Shown: positions 1-12,107, counted from the first letter of the stretch. The stretch: DNA of 64,000 bases from Dysosmobacter segnis (GCA_963602915.1 CAVCLB010000005.1:2775-66774); one strand, 5' to 3'. Notes: a model not told the origin generated them from the letters alone. Translations and numbers: made by a program.

Positions 1-1367
<1,367 letters not shown>

Positions 1368-1452
1368 TTCGTTCTGCTTAAAATTTTCATTTCTTTGCCA
1401 ATTGACGATTAAAAACATACCAACTTGTTTTTTCATCGTCATTAATGCGGCA

Positions 1453-1460
1453 CAAAGTTA
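1453..1460 (-). promoter_or_regulatory. Bacteroidetes-type -7 promoter box TAACTTTG upstream of the ABC-F gene
   Basis: The plus strand reads caaagtta, which is TAACTTTG on the minus strand, about 85 nt upstream of ATG 1367. Confidence 0.4.
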
Positions 1461-1677
1461 CAAAAATAATCGCACTTAGCCACAAAAGTGGCACGCGCCT
1501 TGCTGTGTCATGGCGCAGCAAACGGCACAAAAGCCTCGGCAGAACGCTGTCGGCACGACCGAGAAGCGCATCTGCCCGCGGCAAGCCGGCCGTTTGCCGG
1601 AACCACACGGCATGCCGAAAAGCCTTGCGGCAATGTAAATAAGTTTACGATTAGTTCACCAAGTCGAATTTTTAGCT

Positions 1678-1685
1678 TAACTTTG
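1678..1685 (+). promoter_or_regulatory. -7 promoter box TAACTTTG upstream of purL
   Basis: It matches TAnnTTTG exactly and lies 37 nt upstream of ATG 1722. Confidence 0.5.
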
Positions 1686-1721
1686 CAAGCGGAAACAAAA
1701 TTAAAACATATACTATAAAGT

Positions 1722-4700
1722 ATGATTCTATTTTTCAAGACTCCAAGCAAGAGCGTGATAGCCACACAGGTTGACCATCAGCTCAGCCAAGACGAGACAA
1801 GCGAACTGTGTTGGCTCTTCGGCGGCGCAGTGCCCGTAGAGGGCGAAACAATAGAGGGCTACTTCGTAGGCCCGCGCCGCGAGATGATAACACCATGGAG
1901 CACGAATGCCGTAGAGATAACCCAGAACATGAGTCTCCACGGCATTTCGCGTATTGAGGAGTATTTCCCTGTAGGCTCGGCAGATGCCGACCACGACCCC
2001 ATGCTGCAGCGCATGTACAACGGACTCGGCCAGGACGTGTTCACTGTAAACCACGAACCGGAACCGATAAAGCACGTGGAGAACATCGAGGAGTATAACG
2101 AGCAGGAAGGTCTCGCCCTCTCGCCCGAGGAAATAGAATACCTTCACAAGATAGAAGGGCAGCTTGGCCGCCCGCTTACCGACTCCGAGATATTCGGTTT
2201 CGCACAGATTAACTCCGAACATTGCCGCCACAAGATTTTCGGAGGTACATTTATAATAGACGGCAAGGAAATGGAATCGTCGCTCTTCGCGATGATTAAG
2301 CAGACAACAAAGGAAAATCCCAACAAGATACTCTCTGCCTACAAAGACAACGTAGCGTTTGCCCAAGGTCCGGTTGTGGAGCAGTTTGCCCCGAAAGACC
2401 AGTCAACAAGCGATTATTTCCAAGTGAAAGACATAGAGAGCGTAATCTCTCTCAAGGCCGAAACGCACAATTTTCCCACCACGGTGGAGCCGTTCAACGG
2501 CGCAGCCACCGGCACCGGAGGCGAGATACGCGACCGTATGGGCGGCGGTGTAGGCTCCTGGCCTATAGCAGGAACTGCTGTCTACATGACGGCCTACCCC
2601 AGACTTAAAGACGACGACGGCGCAACACGCGGATGGGAGGACATCATGCCGGTGCGTAAATGGCTCTACCAAACTCCCGAGCAGATACTCATCAAGGCTT
2701 CAAACGGCGCGAGCGACTTCGGAAACAAGTTCGGTCAGCCGCTCATCACCGGTTCGGTGCTCACCTTCGAACATCAGGAAGGCAGCGAGAAATATGCCTA
2801 CGACAAGGTGATTATGCTCGCCGGCGGCGTGGGCTACGGCACAAAACGCGACTGTCTGAAGAAAGAACCGCAGAAAGGCAACAAGGTAGTGGTGGTTGGC
2901 GGAGACAACTACCGCATCGGACTGGGCGGTGGTTCGGTTTCATCGGTAGACACTGGACGCTACAGCAACGGCATAGAACTGAACGCAGTGCAGCGTGCCA
3001 ACCCCGAAATGCAGAAGCGTGCCTACAATTTGGTGCGCGCTCTGTGCGAGGAAGACACCAACCCTGTTGTCAGCATACACGACCACGGTTCGGCAGGACA
3101 CCTCAATTGCCTTTCAGAACTCGTGGAAGAGTGCGGCGGAGAGATTGACATGACGAAGCTTCCAATAGGCGACAAGACCCTGTCGTCGAAGGAAATAATA
3201 GCCAACGAGAGCCAGGAACGAATGGGACTGCTCATCGACGAGAAGCACATAGAGCATGTACGGCGCATTGCCGAACGCGAACGCGCACCGCTGTATGTAG
3301 TGGGCGAAACCACAGGCGACGCACATTTCTCGTTCAAGCAGGGCGACGGCGTAAAACCGTTCGACCTCGACGTGGCACAGATGTTTGGACATTCGCCCAA
3401 GACAATAATGCGCGACGAGACCATGGAACGCCACTATCGCGACACAGAATACCAACATGAGGAGAAATCGGAGAACGGCAAGGACGATGTTCTCGACAAA
3501 TATGTTTCGCAGGTACTGCAACTTGAAGCCGTGGCATGCAAAGACTGGCTCACAAACAAGGTTGACCGCTCGGTGACTGGCAAGATAGCCCGCCAGCAAT
3601 GTCAAGGAGAAATCCAGCTGCCATTGAGCGACTGCGGCGTTGTTGCACTCGACTACCGTGGCAAGAAAGGTATCGCCACAGCTTTGGGACATGCTCCCCA
3701 GGCCGGACTGGCATCGCCTGAGGCCGGATCGGTGCTCTCTGTTGCCGAAGCACTCACCAATATTGTATGGGCACCGCTTGCCGATGGAATGGCAAGTCTG
3801 TCGCTTTCGGCCAACTGGATGTGGCCCTGCCGCTCGCAAAAAGGCGAGGATGCACGTCTCTACAGTGCCGTGAAAACCCTCAGCGAGTTCTGTCTCGCGC
3901 TGAAAATAAACGTTCCCACCGGCAAGGACTCGCTCTCGCTGAGCCAGCAGTATCCCAACGGCGAAAAGATAATATCGCCGGGAACCGTCATCGTTAGTGC
4001 TGGAGGCGAAGTGAGCGACGTGCGCAAAGTGGTGTCACCGGTGCTTGTCAACGACAAGAACTCATCGATTTACCACATCGATTTCTCGTTCGACGAACAG
4101 CGTCTTGGCGGTAGTGCCTTCGCACAGAGCCTCGGTTTCGTGGGCGACGATGTGCCCACCGTGAAAAACCCTGAATATTTTGCCGACTGTTTCAACGCCA
4201 TACAGGACATGATACAGAAGGGATGGATAATGTCAGGACACGACATCTCGGCCGGCGGACTTATAACAACGCTGCTTGAAATGTGCTTCGCCAACCGCGA
4301 AGGCGGCATACATGTAAATCTGCACGACCTTGCCGGCGACGACATAGTGAAGATGCTTCTAGCTGAAAATCCCGGTGTTGTCATTCAGGTGAGCGACAAA
4401 TACAAGGAAGAATTCAAGGAATACATGGAAGCAAACGGCATCGGCTACGCCAAGATTGGCTACCCGACACCCAAAGAACGCAGCATCGTGGTGAAGAAAG
4501 ACGACTACATGCACACGTTTGACATCGATGTCCTGCGCGACACTTGGTATAAGACTTCCTACCTGCTCGACCGTGATCAGAGCTTCAACGGGTGCGCACG
4601 CCGCCGCTACGACAACTACAAGGCACAGCCGCTTGAGATGCATTTCCATGAAGGATTTGACGGAACGCTCGCAAGCTACGGCATTTCGGCCGACCGCCGC

Positions 4701-5465
4701 ACCGCATCGGGCGTGAAGGCAGCCATAATTCGCGAGAAAGGAACCAACGGCGAACGCGAAATGGCATACTCGCTCTACCTCGCCGGGTTTGACGTGAAGG
4801 ACGTAATGATGACCGATCTCATCTCGGGACGCGAGACTTTGGACGACGTTAACATGATTGTGTTCTGCGGAGGCTTCTCAAACAGCGACGTACTTGGTTC
4901 TGCCAAGGGCTGGGCAGGCGCATTCCTGTTCAATCCCAAGGCTAAGGAAGCCCTCGACAAGTTCTATGCTCGCGAGGACACACTGTCGCTCGGCATCTGC
5001 AACGGATGCCAGCTCATGGTGGAACTCAACCTCATCAACCCCAACCACGAGCACCGCACGCGCATGCTTCACAACGACTCGCACAAGTTTGAGAGCTCAT
5101 TCCTGGGCGTGACAATACCCAAGAACAACAGCGTGATGTTCTCGTCGCTCAGCGGCGACAAGCTCGGCATCTGGGTAGCACACGGAGAAGGCAAGTTCTC
5201 TCTGCCCGAAGGCGAGGACAAATACAACGTCGTTGCACGCTACAACTACGCCGAATATCCCGGCAATCCCAACGGTTCCGACTTCGCCGTGGCCGGTATC
5301 TGCTCCGACGACGGCCGTCATCTTGCAATGATGCCACACCTTGAGCGCGCCATATTCCCGTGGCAGAACGCGTGGTATCCTGCCGACCGCCGTCAAGACG
5401 ACGTTACACCATGGATAGAGGCATTCGTCAATGCACGCACGTGGATTGAGAATTTCGCGAAATAA
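1722..5465 (+). CDS. purL: phosphoribosylformylglycinamidine (FGAM) synthase, single-chain large form
   Basis: The ORF is 1247 aa. It has the motif FGFAQINSEHCRHKIF, AIR-synthase-like repeats, and a C-terminal glutamine amidotransferase region (GICNGCQ...MMPHLER). Confidence 0.97.
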   Translation: MILFFKTPSKSVIATQVDHQLSQDETSELCWLFGGAVPVEGETIEGYFVGPRREMITPWSTNAVEITQNMSLHGISRIEEYFPVGSADADHDPMLQRMYNGLGQDVFTVNHEPEPIKHVENIEEYNEQEGLALSPEEIEYLHKIEGQLGRPLTDSEIFGFAQINSEHCRHKIFGGTFIIDGKEMESSLFAMIKQTTKENPNKILSAYKDNVAFAQGPVVEQFAPKDQSTSDYFQVKDIESVISLKAETHNFPTTVEPFNGAATGTGGEIRDRMGGGVGSWPIAGTAVYMTAYPRLKDDDGATRGWEDIMPVRKWLYQTPEQILIKASNGASDFGNKFGQPLITGSVLTFEHQEGSEKYAYDKVIMLAGGVGYGTKRDCLKKEPQKGNKVVVVGGDNYRIGLGGGSVSSVDTGRYSNGIELNAVQRANPEMQKRAYNLVRALCEEDTNPVVSIHDHGSAGHLNCLSELVEECGGEIDMTKLPIGDKTLSSKEIIANESQERMGLLIDEKHIEHVRRIAERERAPLYVVGETTGDAHFSFKQGDGVKPFDLDVAQMFGHSPKTIMRDETMERHYRDTEYQHEEKSENGKDDVLDKYVSQVLQLEAVACKDWLTNKVDRSVTGKIARQQCQGEIQLPLSDCGVVALDYRGKKGIATALGHAPQAGLASPEAGSVLSVAEALTNIVWAPLADGMASLSLSANWMWPCRSQKGEDARLYSAVKTLSEFCLALKINVPTGKDSLSLSQQYPNGEKIISPGTVIVSAGGEVSDVRKVVSPVLVNDKNSSIYHIDFSFDEQRLGGSAFAQSLGFVGDDVPTVKNPEYFADCFNAIQDMIQKGWIMSGHDISAGGLITTLLEMCFANREGGIHVNLHDLAGDDIVKMLLAENPGVVIQVSDKYKEEFKEYMEANGIGYAKIGYPTPKERSIVVKKDDYMHTFDIDVLRDTWYKTSYLLDRDQSFNGCARRRYDNYKAQPLEMHFHEGFDGTLASYGISADRRTASGVKAAIIREKGTNGEREMAYSLYLAGFDVKDVMMTDLISGRETLDDVNMIVFCGGFSNSDVLGSAKGWAGAFLFNPKAKEALDKFYAREDTLSLGICNGCQLMVELNLINPNHEHRTRMLHNDSHKFESSFLGVTIPKNNSVMFSSLSGDKLGIWVAHGEGKFSLPEGEDKYNVVARYNYAEYPGNPNGSDFAVAGICSDDGRHLAMMPHLERAIFPWQNAWYPADRRQDDVTPWIEAFVNARTWIENFAK

Positions 5466-5678
5466 AGACGGCATGCAGTCCCGGCCACGGCATTTGCCGC
5501 GCCGGGACATGCAGCCTTGCATGATTTATACGAGTATTGTGGTTTCGGGCAATGCCTTTTTCGGCGTGCCCGAAATCATTGTTTTTTCACAAACGCCCCC
5601 TACCGTCCGCAAGCAGGCAAGGCTTCTGCGTAGGTTTGTACGCTGCTGCCTGCAAGAAAGGAAAGCAAAAGAAAGACA

Positions 5679-6224
5679 ATGGCAAACATATACATAGACT
5701 CTTTCAAGACGTTCTTCAAGATTGGACTGTTCACCCTTGGCGGCGGCTACGCCATGATTCCAATCATCGAAGAAGAAGTGGTGAACCGCAACAAATGGAT
5801 TGACCGCGACGAGTTTCTCGACCTTATAGCCGTGGCGCAGAGCTGCCCCGGAGTGCTGGCAATAAACATCAGCGTGTTTGTTGGCTACAAGTTGCGCAAG
5901 CTGCGCGGCGCATTCTGCACGGCACTGGGCACTGCCCTACCCTCATTTCTCATAATCTTGGCTATAGCCATGTTTTTCCAGCGGTTTGAAGACAACGAGA
6001 TTGTAGCCGCGATGTTCCGTGGAATACGCCCAGCAGTGGTTGCCTTGATTGCAGCCCCCACTTTCTCGCTCGCCAAAAGCGCGCACATTTCGCTCGCAAA
6101 CTGCTGGATTCCGATTGTAAGCGCGTTTCTCATCAAGTTTCTCGGCGTAAATCCGATTTACATTCTCATCGCCGCCGGACTCGGCGGATATATCTACGGA
6201 CAATTCATAAAGCCAACAGAATGA
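5679..6224 (+). CDS. chromate transporter (CHR) family protein, short-chain half 1
   Basis: The ORF is 181 aa and polytopic, with FKIGLFTLGGGYAMIPIIEEEVV typical of the CHR family. Its stop overlaps the next start (ATGA at 6221-6224). Confidence 0.85.
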   Translation: MANIYIDSFKTFFKIGLFTLGGGYAMIPIIEEEVVNRNKWIDRDEFLDLIAVAQSCPGVLAINISVFVGYKLRKLRGAFCTALGTALPSFLIILAIAMFFQRFEDNEIVAAMFRGIRPAVVALIAAPTFSLAKSAHISLANCWIPIVSAFLIKFLGVNPIYILIAAGLGGYIYGQFIKPTE

Positions 6225-6796
6225 TATACCTGAGCCTTTTCATCACATTTTTCCAAATCGGACTGTTCGGTTTCGGAGGCGGCTACGGAATGCTTTCACT
6301 AATACAGAGCGAGACAGTAACCCACCACGCGTGGCTCACCTCGGCCGAGTTCACCAACATTGTGGCCATAAGCCAGATGACACCCGGGCCGATTGGCATA
6401 AACTCGGCCACATACTGCGGCTACACTGCGGTGCGGAATGCCGGCTACGGCGAACTTATGGGCGTGCTTGGAAGCAGCGTTGCCACTTTTGCATTGGTGT
6501 TGCCGTCGTTCATACTCATGGTGCTCATCTGCCGCGTATTGCTCAAATATATGAAGACACCGCTCGTGCAGAATGTGTTTTCGGGTCTGCGTCCGGCCGT
6601 GGTAGGTCTTATCGGAGCTGCGGCACTGTTGCTTATGAACGAAGAGAATTTCTCCGCTCCCAATGTCAACCCATGGCAATTCTGGATAAGCATAGCCCTG
6701 TTTGTCGCCACCTTTGTGGGAACAAAGATGCTGAGGATTAATCCCATAAAGATGATTTTATGGACTGCGTTCGCCGGATTGCTGCTGCTTTACTGA
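6221..6796 (+). CDS. chromate transporter (CHR) family protein, short-chain half 2
   Basis: The ORF is 191 aa with FQIGLFGFGGGYGMLSLIQSE. It is a paralogous half and is translationally coupled to the preceding gene. Confidence 0.85.
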   Translation: MIYLSLFITFFQIGLFGFGGGYGMLSLIQSETVTHHAWLTSAEFTNIVAISQMTPGPIGINSATYCGYTAVRNAGYGELMGVLGSSVATFALVLPSFILMVLICRVLLKYMKTPLVQNVFSGLRPAVVGLIGAAALLLMNEENFSAPNVNPWQFWISIALFVATFVGTKMLRINPIKMILWTAFAGLLLLY

Positions 6797-6824
6797 CAAA
6801 AGAGTCCCAACTGACATAGAACGA

Positions 6825-6876
6825 AAAAAGACCTGCATGGCAACCAAACTATGGTGCCGTGCAGGTCTTTTTTTTG
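6825..6876. terminator. bidirectional rho-independent terminator between the CHR pair (+) and the 715-aa gene (-)
   Basis: The sequence is A6-GACCTGCATGGCA...TGCCGTGCAGGTC-T8, so the stem is flanked by A and T runs on both sides. Confidence 0.8.
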
Positions 6877-6958
6877 TTTAGTGACGGTGACTGTGGCTTT
6901 CCGTTGCTATTCGGCCTTCATAACATTGAGCCAATGCCGACAGAAGAATATTTTTGCG

Positions 6959-9106
6959 CTACCATTCTATTTTCACGCGCACACCGTCGGGATTGTTTTC
7001 AAACTTCAGCAGCAGCGTGTTGAAGCCACCCTTTGTCCATTCCGACTCATATTTCGGTGCGCCTTCCACGCTTATTTTCTTGGGTTTGTGCGGCAACAGA
7101 ATGCGCATCACGTTGTCGGTGTTGGCCGGACTCTTTGCCGTGAACGAGAAACTCTTTGCGGTGCGCTTCTCGTCGTATTGCCTTGAAGCGGCGGCAAGCA
7201 CTTGGGGTTTCTGCTTGTCAGCCACGCGTGACACGTCGAAGAGCATGGCCTGCTCGCCGGGCAACACGATTTTGGCGGTCATTGTAGGCAAAGCGGGATT
7301 GAAAAGGTCGATGAGATGGCCTCTAACAGTGTACGGACTGTCGCCGGCGGGACTTTCGTCTACCACGGCGGCGAGGTCGTAGCAGCCGCGTTCAAGATAA
7401 AACGAGTTCTTTTCCTGCACGTCTCCCATGGCTTTCTTCACCGTGTTCACCAGCACTTCGTCGCCGCCCTTCACCATGGCATACTCCTTCGGGTCGTGAC
7501 GCAGCACCCACACAAGGCCATTGCCGCATGAATATTCACCTTCAAGAGCCTTGCGCGGCATGCCCATAAGTTCAAACAGATGTTCAGAAGGAGCATCGTA
7601 ACGACACGTATCGCTGTTCCACCATTCGCTCACACGCTGGAAAGCGTCGTCGTCGCGACCGCTATAAATGAGCGTTCCGCCGCCCTTCACCCAATCGGCA
7701 ATATGTTGGTGAGCCTCGGGCGAGAGCGGTTTCATGTTGCTGTAAGACATGAGCAACACCTTCACGTCCTTCCACGTGTCGGCATAGCCCACGTTTTCTA
7801 TGTGCGTTACATCCACGGGGATGCCACGTTTTAGCAGCGGCATGGCTTCGCCGAAGAAGTTGCTGAGTTGCGGGTCGTCGTAGCCTTCAACCGGCACGGG
7901 CGACCGTTGGAACATGAGTGAGTTGGCCATAAGCACGCTAGCACCGTGGGTTCCGCTCAAGCGGTTGGCCGAAAGCGGCATATCGCCGAGTGCGTTTATC
8001 ATCACCTGCATCTGCGTGGAGTAAGAGCGCGGTATGCGTGTCTTTTCATTGTTGCCTTCTCCCGTATCGTAAAGATGCTCGTAGATGCGGTCGGGCCAAG
8101 GCAACACCTCATAAGTGTTTATGCCGGGATAGAGCAATTGCGCCGTGAACGTGGCCTGATAGTTGCGCCGATAGTCGTCCCAGTCGCGTCCCCGGTCTTC
8201 TATAGGGTCGGTGAGAAAGAACATTTTGCGGCCAGTCGGAGCAGTCATCGACTGCATGCAGCCATATTCAAGAAACGCCGTTTCAAACACACGCTCTCGT
8301 GCCACGCTGTTGTAATAGTTGGGCACGCGCGACGTTCCCGTCCACACCTGCGCAATATATCCGTCGCAACTCTTCATAGAGGCAAGCGAAGCCTCGGGCG
8401 AAACGATTTGCCACATGGAGTAGTTCACCAGCGAATGCGTAGGCACATAGCACCGCACGTTCATGCCTTTGCTCTTACCGTAGTCTTTGGCATAGGTGAA
8501 TGCCTCGTCGAGCGCGCGGTAATACAGATGATATTTGAGTTTGTTGGAGAGATAAGTGTTCTCTGCCGACTCGTGTTGCGGTCTCCACGGAAAGCCGTAG
8601 TATTCTTTCCACTCGCGCTTGAAAGCCTCGCTATATCCGCCTTCAGCCCAAAATTCGGGTTCTTCGAGGAATATTGCGTCGATGCCCGCATCGATGACGG
8701 GTTTGATGTGACGCTCTTTGAAATAGTCAATATAGTGCATTGTGGGCACGATGTAGGGCATGTAGTGTCCGTGCCAAAGGGTGTCGCCCTGCATGGTTTT
8801 CTGTCCTTCGTCGAGATGCCACTTGCCGTCCCACTTGCCAGTGAAGTAGTCTTGGTATTCGCCCCATGCTATTCCGGTCATAAAGTGCGTGGTGTAGCCC
8901 TTCTTGCGCCATGAGTCAACGCGCTGGCGGAACGTCTCTTCCTTGCTGTCGTTGGCTCCGTAGCACATCACCACATCGGCCCTTATGTCAGTGACAGGCT
9001 TCCAGTGGCTAGAAGTCTGGAATATTGTTTTTTCTCGTGCGGTCTGCGCCGTGCCCGTGGCAAGTGCCATGGCGAGGACGGCGGCAGCCGATAGTCTTTG
9101 GTTCAT
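6959..9106 (-). CDS. secreted hypothetical protein, glycoside-hydrolase-like (TIM-barrel plus GH42-like 'trimerisation/GATase-like' middle domain); function unassigned
   Basis: The ORF is 715 aa with a signal peptide (MNQRLSAAAVLAMALATGTAQT). The segments IDAIFLEEPEFWAEGGY and DGYIAQVWTG resemble beta-strand-end acidic motifs of TIM-barrel hydrolases. KVLLMSYSNMKPL..WVKGGGTLIYSG resembles the middle domain of GH42 enzymes. I recognise no exact family. Confidence 0.8.
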   Translation of the reverse strand: MNQRLSAAAVLAMALATGTAQTAREKTIFQTSSHWKPVTDIRADVVMCYGANDSKEETFRQRVDSWRKKGYTTHFMTGIAWGEYQDYFTGKWDGKWHLDEGQKTMQGDTLWHGHYMPYIVPTMHYIDYFKERHIKPVIDAGIDAIFLEEPEFWAEGGYSEAFKREWKEYYGFPWRPQHESAENTYLSNKLKYHLYYRALDEAFTYAKDYGKSKGMNVRCYVPTHSLVNYSMWQIVSPEASLASMKSCDGYIAQVWTGTSRVPNYYNSVARERVFETAFLEYGCMQSMTAPTGRKMFFLTDPIEDRGRDWDDYRRNYQATFTAQLLYPGINTYEVLPWPDRIYEHLYDTGEGNNEKTRIPRSYSTQMQVMINALGDMPLSANRLSGTHGASVLMANSLMFQRSPVPVEGYDDPQLSNFFGEAMPLLKRGIPVDVTHIENVGYADTWKDVKVLLMSYSNMKPLSPEAHQHIADWVKGGGTLIYSGRDDDAFQRVSEWWNSDTCRYDAPSEHLFELMGMPRKALEGEYSCGNGLVWVLRHDPKEYAMVKGGDEVLVNTVKKAMGDVQEKNSFYLERGCYDLAAVVDESPAGDSPYTVRGHLIDLFNPALPTMTAKIVLPGEQAMLFDVSRVADKQKPQVLAAASRQYDEKRTAKSFSFTAKSPANTDNVMRILLPHKPKKISVEGAPKYESEWTKGGFNTLLLKFENNPDGVRVKIEW

Positions 9107-9176
9107 TGTTTCGGTTTTAATATGTTATGTCCGATTTTTCTCTTTCATTTATCGTTCTTCGTGCCTCGACGGCACG

Positions 9177-10226
9177 TCAGTATTCGGCCTCGTTGGCAAG
9201 ACGCCATGCCGTGAGAAACGAAGCGCGCGTTATATCGGTGAGTTTCTCGTAGTTCAATGTCGAAGGTTCGTCGGTGGGTTCGTTGTAGTTGGGCTGTGCA
9301 TCGGTGTGATACCATATTATAGGAATGTTTTTCTTGGCAAACGACCCCTGGTCGCTTCCGCCCGTAGGATTGTCCCATGCCCGGTAGCTCGGGTTGAGTT
9401 TAAAACCGTTTGCCGCGATGTCAGTCTTCAGCCAATCGCCGAACACGGGGTGTGAAGCCGTGTAGAAATACACCATGTAAGGCGGGTCTTCTGGCTTGTT
9501 GTTGCCGCCCACCATGTCGAAGTTGAGGTAACCCTTCACGTTTTCTATTCCGCTGAACGTCTCCACGAAATGCCGCGAACCGAGCAATCCGTATTCCTCA
9601 CCGTCCCAAAAGGCGAAGATTACATTGCGCTCGGGCGTTGCCTCGCACTCGGCAAAAGCCTTGGCTATCTGCAGCACGGCACTCACCCCCGACGCATTGT
9701 CGTCGGCCCCGTTGTAAATCTGGTCGCCGTCGAGCTCGGTGTCAACGCCCTCATGGTCGAGATGTGCGCCCACCACCACATATTCGTCACTCTTTCTTCC
9801 GGGAATTATGGCGAGCACATTGCCGAGCGAGAGCTTGCGGTGGGTCAAGGGCTTTATCTTTGCCACCGAGTCGGCCTCAACATAGTAGGGCTTGCGCTTG
9901 AAACGCGACAGCGAATAGGCTTCAAAAGCGTGCAGATAGCCGTCGCCCAACGGCTTGACACCGGCCAGCCGCAACTGCGAGATGATGTATTGCTGGGCCA
10001 CGCGCGAACCGCGTTGCCCGGCGCGGCGGCCTTCGAGCGCGTCGTCGGCAAGAAATCCCACATGCGCGCGGGCCGCCGTGATGCTTATCGTGTTTAGTCC
10101 CGCCCGGCATGCGGCAGTGGTCTTGGCGGCAGTTTTGACGTTGCTTTTCCTGGTGCCGGCATTTGCAACGGCCCCGGTAGATGCGGCGATTGCCGCCGCC
10201 AACAAAAATTGTGCAATCAATTTCAT
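9177..10226 (-). CDS. M28 family zinc aminopeptidase, secreted
   Basis: It has VVGAHLDHEG, NGADDNASGVSAVLQIAKAF and FAFWDGEEYGLLGSRHF (M28 metal ligands). I prefer the start at MKLIAQFLLAAAIAASTGAVANA (signal peptide, ATG 10226) over the track start at 10295. Confidence 0.88.
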   Translation of the reverse strand: MKLIAQFLLAAAIAASTGAVANAGTRKSNVKTAAKTTAACRAGLNTISITAARAHVGFLADDALEGRRAGQRGSRVAQQYIISQLRLAGVKPLGDGYLHAFEAYSLSRFKRKPYYVEADSVAKIKPLTHRKLSLGNVLAIIPGRKSDEYVVVGAHLDHEGVDTELDGDQIYNGADDNASGVSAVLQIAKAFAECEATPERNVIFAFWDGEEYGLLGSRHFVETFSGIENVKGYLNFDMVGGNNKPEDPPYMVYFYTASHPVFGDWLKTDIAANGFKLNPSYRAWDNPTGGSDQGSFAKKNIPIIWYHTDAQPNYNEPTDEPSTLNYEKLTDITRASFLTAWRLANEAEY

Positions 10227-10402
10227 AATCAGACAAAGTTTTTCAACAGTAAAGGTTGCCGGGCATGTGTGCCACAACGGCCAAAGCACTTGCATCCGCC
10301 CGATGTCAACGGCACGACATGCCCAATTGCAAATTTACCATTTTTATTTTAAAACGCCTTCCTTTTTCGTTTTTTACATTTGCTGATATAAAGCGAAAGT
10401 TG

Positions 10403-10410
10403 TAATTTTG
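10403..10410 (+). promoter_or_regulatory. -7 promoter box TAATTTTG upstream of gpmI
   Basis: It matches TAnnTTTG exactly, about 83 nt upstream of ATG 10493. Confidence 0.45.
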
Positions 10411-10492
10411 CATTGAAATACAGTGGGTGGGCACATGCCCGCGACACTATTACAGAAGAGCATAACATTACAATTCAAGAAACAATAAAACT

Positions 10493-12016
10493 ATGGCAAA
10501 GAAAGCTTTACTAATGATTCTCGACGGATGGGGAATCGGCCAGCATGGCAAGGGAGACGTTATCTACAACACACCGACACCTTATCTCGACTATCTCACG
10601 GCCGTAAGCGCACATTCCCAGCTGCTCACCTGCGGCGAGGACGTGGGTCTGCCCGAAGGACAGATGGGTAACTCCGAAGTGGGACACCTCAACATCGGTG
10701 CCGGACGCATCGTCTACCAAGACCTCGTGAAGATTAACCGCGCCTGCAAGGACGGCTCCATCATGCAGAACAAGGAAATAGTAAGCGCATACAGCTATGC
10801 CAAGGAAACCGGCAAGAAACTGCACATCATGGGCCTGACATCAACTGGCGGCGTACACTCTTCGCTCGACCACCTGTTCAAGTTCATCGAAATAGGCAAG
10901 GAATATGGTCTGGACAACGTCTTTGTGCACTGCTTCATGGATGGCCGCGACACCGACCCGAAATCGGGCAAAGGCTTCATAGAGCAGGTGCAGCAGTGCT
11001 GCGACAACAACGGGGCACACATCGCGAGCGTCGTAGGCCGCTTCTATGCAATGGACCGCGACAAGCGTTGGAACCGCGTGAAGGAGGCTTACGACCTACT
11101 CGTAGACGGAACCGGCAAGCAGGCAAGCGACATGGTGCAGGCAATGCAGGAAAGCTACGACGAGGGAGTGACCGACGAATTCATCAAACCGATAAACAAC
11201 TCCACCGTTGACGGAACTATAAAGGAAGGCGATGTAGTCATCTTCATCAACTACCGCAACGACCGTGCCAAGGAACTCACCGAAGTGCTCACCCAGACAG
11301 AGCACGCAGAGGACGGCATGCACATCATAAAAGACCTGCAATACTACTGCATGACTCCCTACGACGCATCGTTCAAGGGCGTGCACATACTCTTCCCCAA
11401 GGAGAACGTGCAGGACACTCTGGGCGAATATCTCAGCAAGAACGGCAAGCGTCAGCTGCACACTGCCGAGACAGAGAAATATGCCCACGTGACATTCTTC
11501 TTCAACGGAGGCCGCGAAACACCGTATGAAGGCGAAGACCGCATACTTGTTCCGTCGCCCAAGGTTGCCACCTACGACCTCAAACCCGAGATGAGCGCAT
11601 ACGAAGTGAAGGACAAACTCGTGGGAGCAATAAAGACACAGGAATACGACTTCATCGTTGTCAACTTCGCAAACGGCGACATGGTGGGCCACACCGGCAT
11701 CTACAACGCCATTGCAAAAGCCGTGCACGCCATTGACAACTGCGTGAAGGAGGTGGTTGAAACAGCAAAGGCCAACGACTACGAAACAATAATCATCGCC
11801 GACCACGGCAACGCCGACAACGCAATCAACCCCGACGGCACGCCCAACACGGCCCACTCGCTCAACCCCGTTCCGTTCATCTATGTCACCGACAACAATT
11901 CGGCAACAGTGAAAGACGGACGTCTGGCCGACGTGGCACCCTCAATTCTGCACATACTCGGACTTGAGCAGCCTGCCGACATGACCGGCGAAAACCTCAT
12001 TTCCGACAACAAATAA
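10493..12016 (+). CDS. gpmI: 2,3-bisphosphoglycerate-independent phosphoglycerate mutase
   Basis: The ORF is 507 aa with [34 protein letters not shown] and ADHGNAD. Confidence 0.97.
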   Translation: MAKKALLMILDGWGIGQHGKGDVIYNTPTPYLDYLTAVSAHSQLLTCGEDVGLPEGQMGNSEVGHLNIGAGRIVYQDLVKINRACKDGSIMQNKEIVSAYSYAKETGKKLHIMGLTSTGGVHSSLDHLFKFIEIGKEYGLDNVFVHCFMDGRDTDPKSGKGFIEQVQQCCDNNGAHIASVVGRFYAMDRDKRWNRVKEAYDLLVDGTGKQASDMVQAMQESYDEGVTDEFIKPINNSTVDGTIKEGDVVIFINYRNDRAKELTEVLTQTEHAEDGMHIIKDLQYYCMTPYDASFKGVHILFPKENVQDTLGEYLSKNGKRQLHTAETEKYAHVTFFFNGGRETPYEGEDRILVPSPKVATYDLKPEMSAYEVKDKLVGAIKTQEYDFIVVNFANGDMVGHTGIYNAIAKAVHAIDNCVKEVVETAKANDYETIIIADHGNADNAINPDGTPNTAHSLNPVPFIYVTDNNSATVKDGRLADVAPSILHILGLEQPADMTGENLISDNK

Positions 12017-12053
12017 CACGCCACGGCACATTGCCAAACGCATGAATTGATGC

Positions 12054-12107
12054 AAGGTGGACTCCACTTGCGCAGCCAATGCTGCGCGGGAGTCCACCTT
12101 TTATTTT
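12054..12107 (+). terminator. rho-independent terminator of gpmI
   Basis: The stem AAGGTGGACTCC / GGAGTCCACCTT encloses an inner GCGCAGC..GCTGCGC hairpin and is followed by TTATTTT. Confidence 0.8.

Noticed and set aside
1480-1721. There might be a purine/ZTP-type riboswitch in the 354-bp spacer upstream of purL.
   Set aside because: The only good promoter box (1678-1685) is 37 nt from the ATG, leaving no room for an aptamer. I could not find the conserved ZTP or purine aptamer strings in the GC-rich part, which more likely belongs to the divergent ABC-F upstream region.
5466-5530. A hairpin GTCCCGGC...GCCGGGAC after purL could be a terminator.
   Set aside because: The stem is only 8 bp with imperfect extensions and has no following T-run, so it is not convincing enough to list as a feature.
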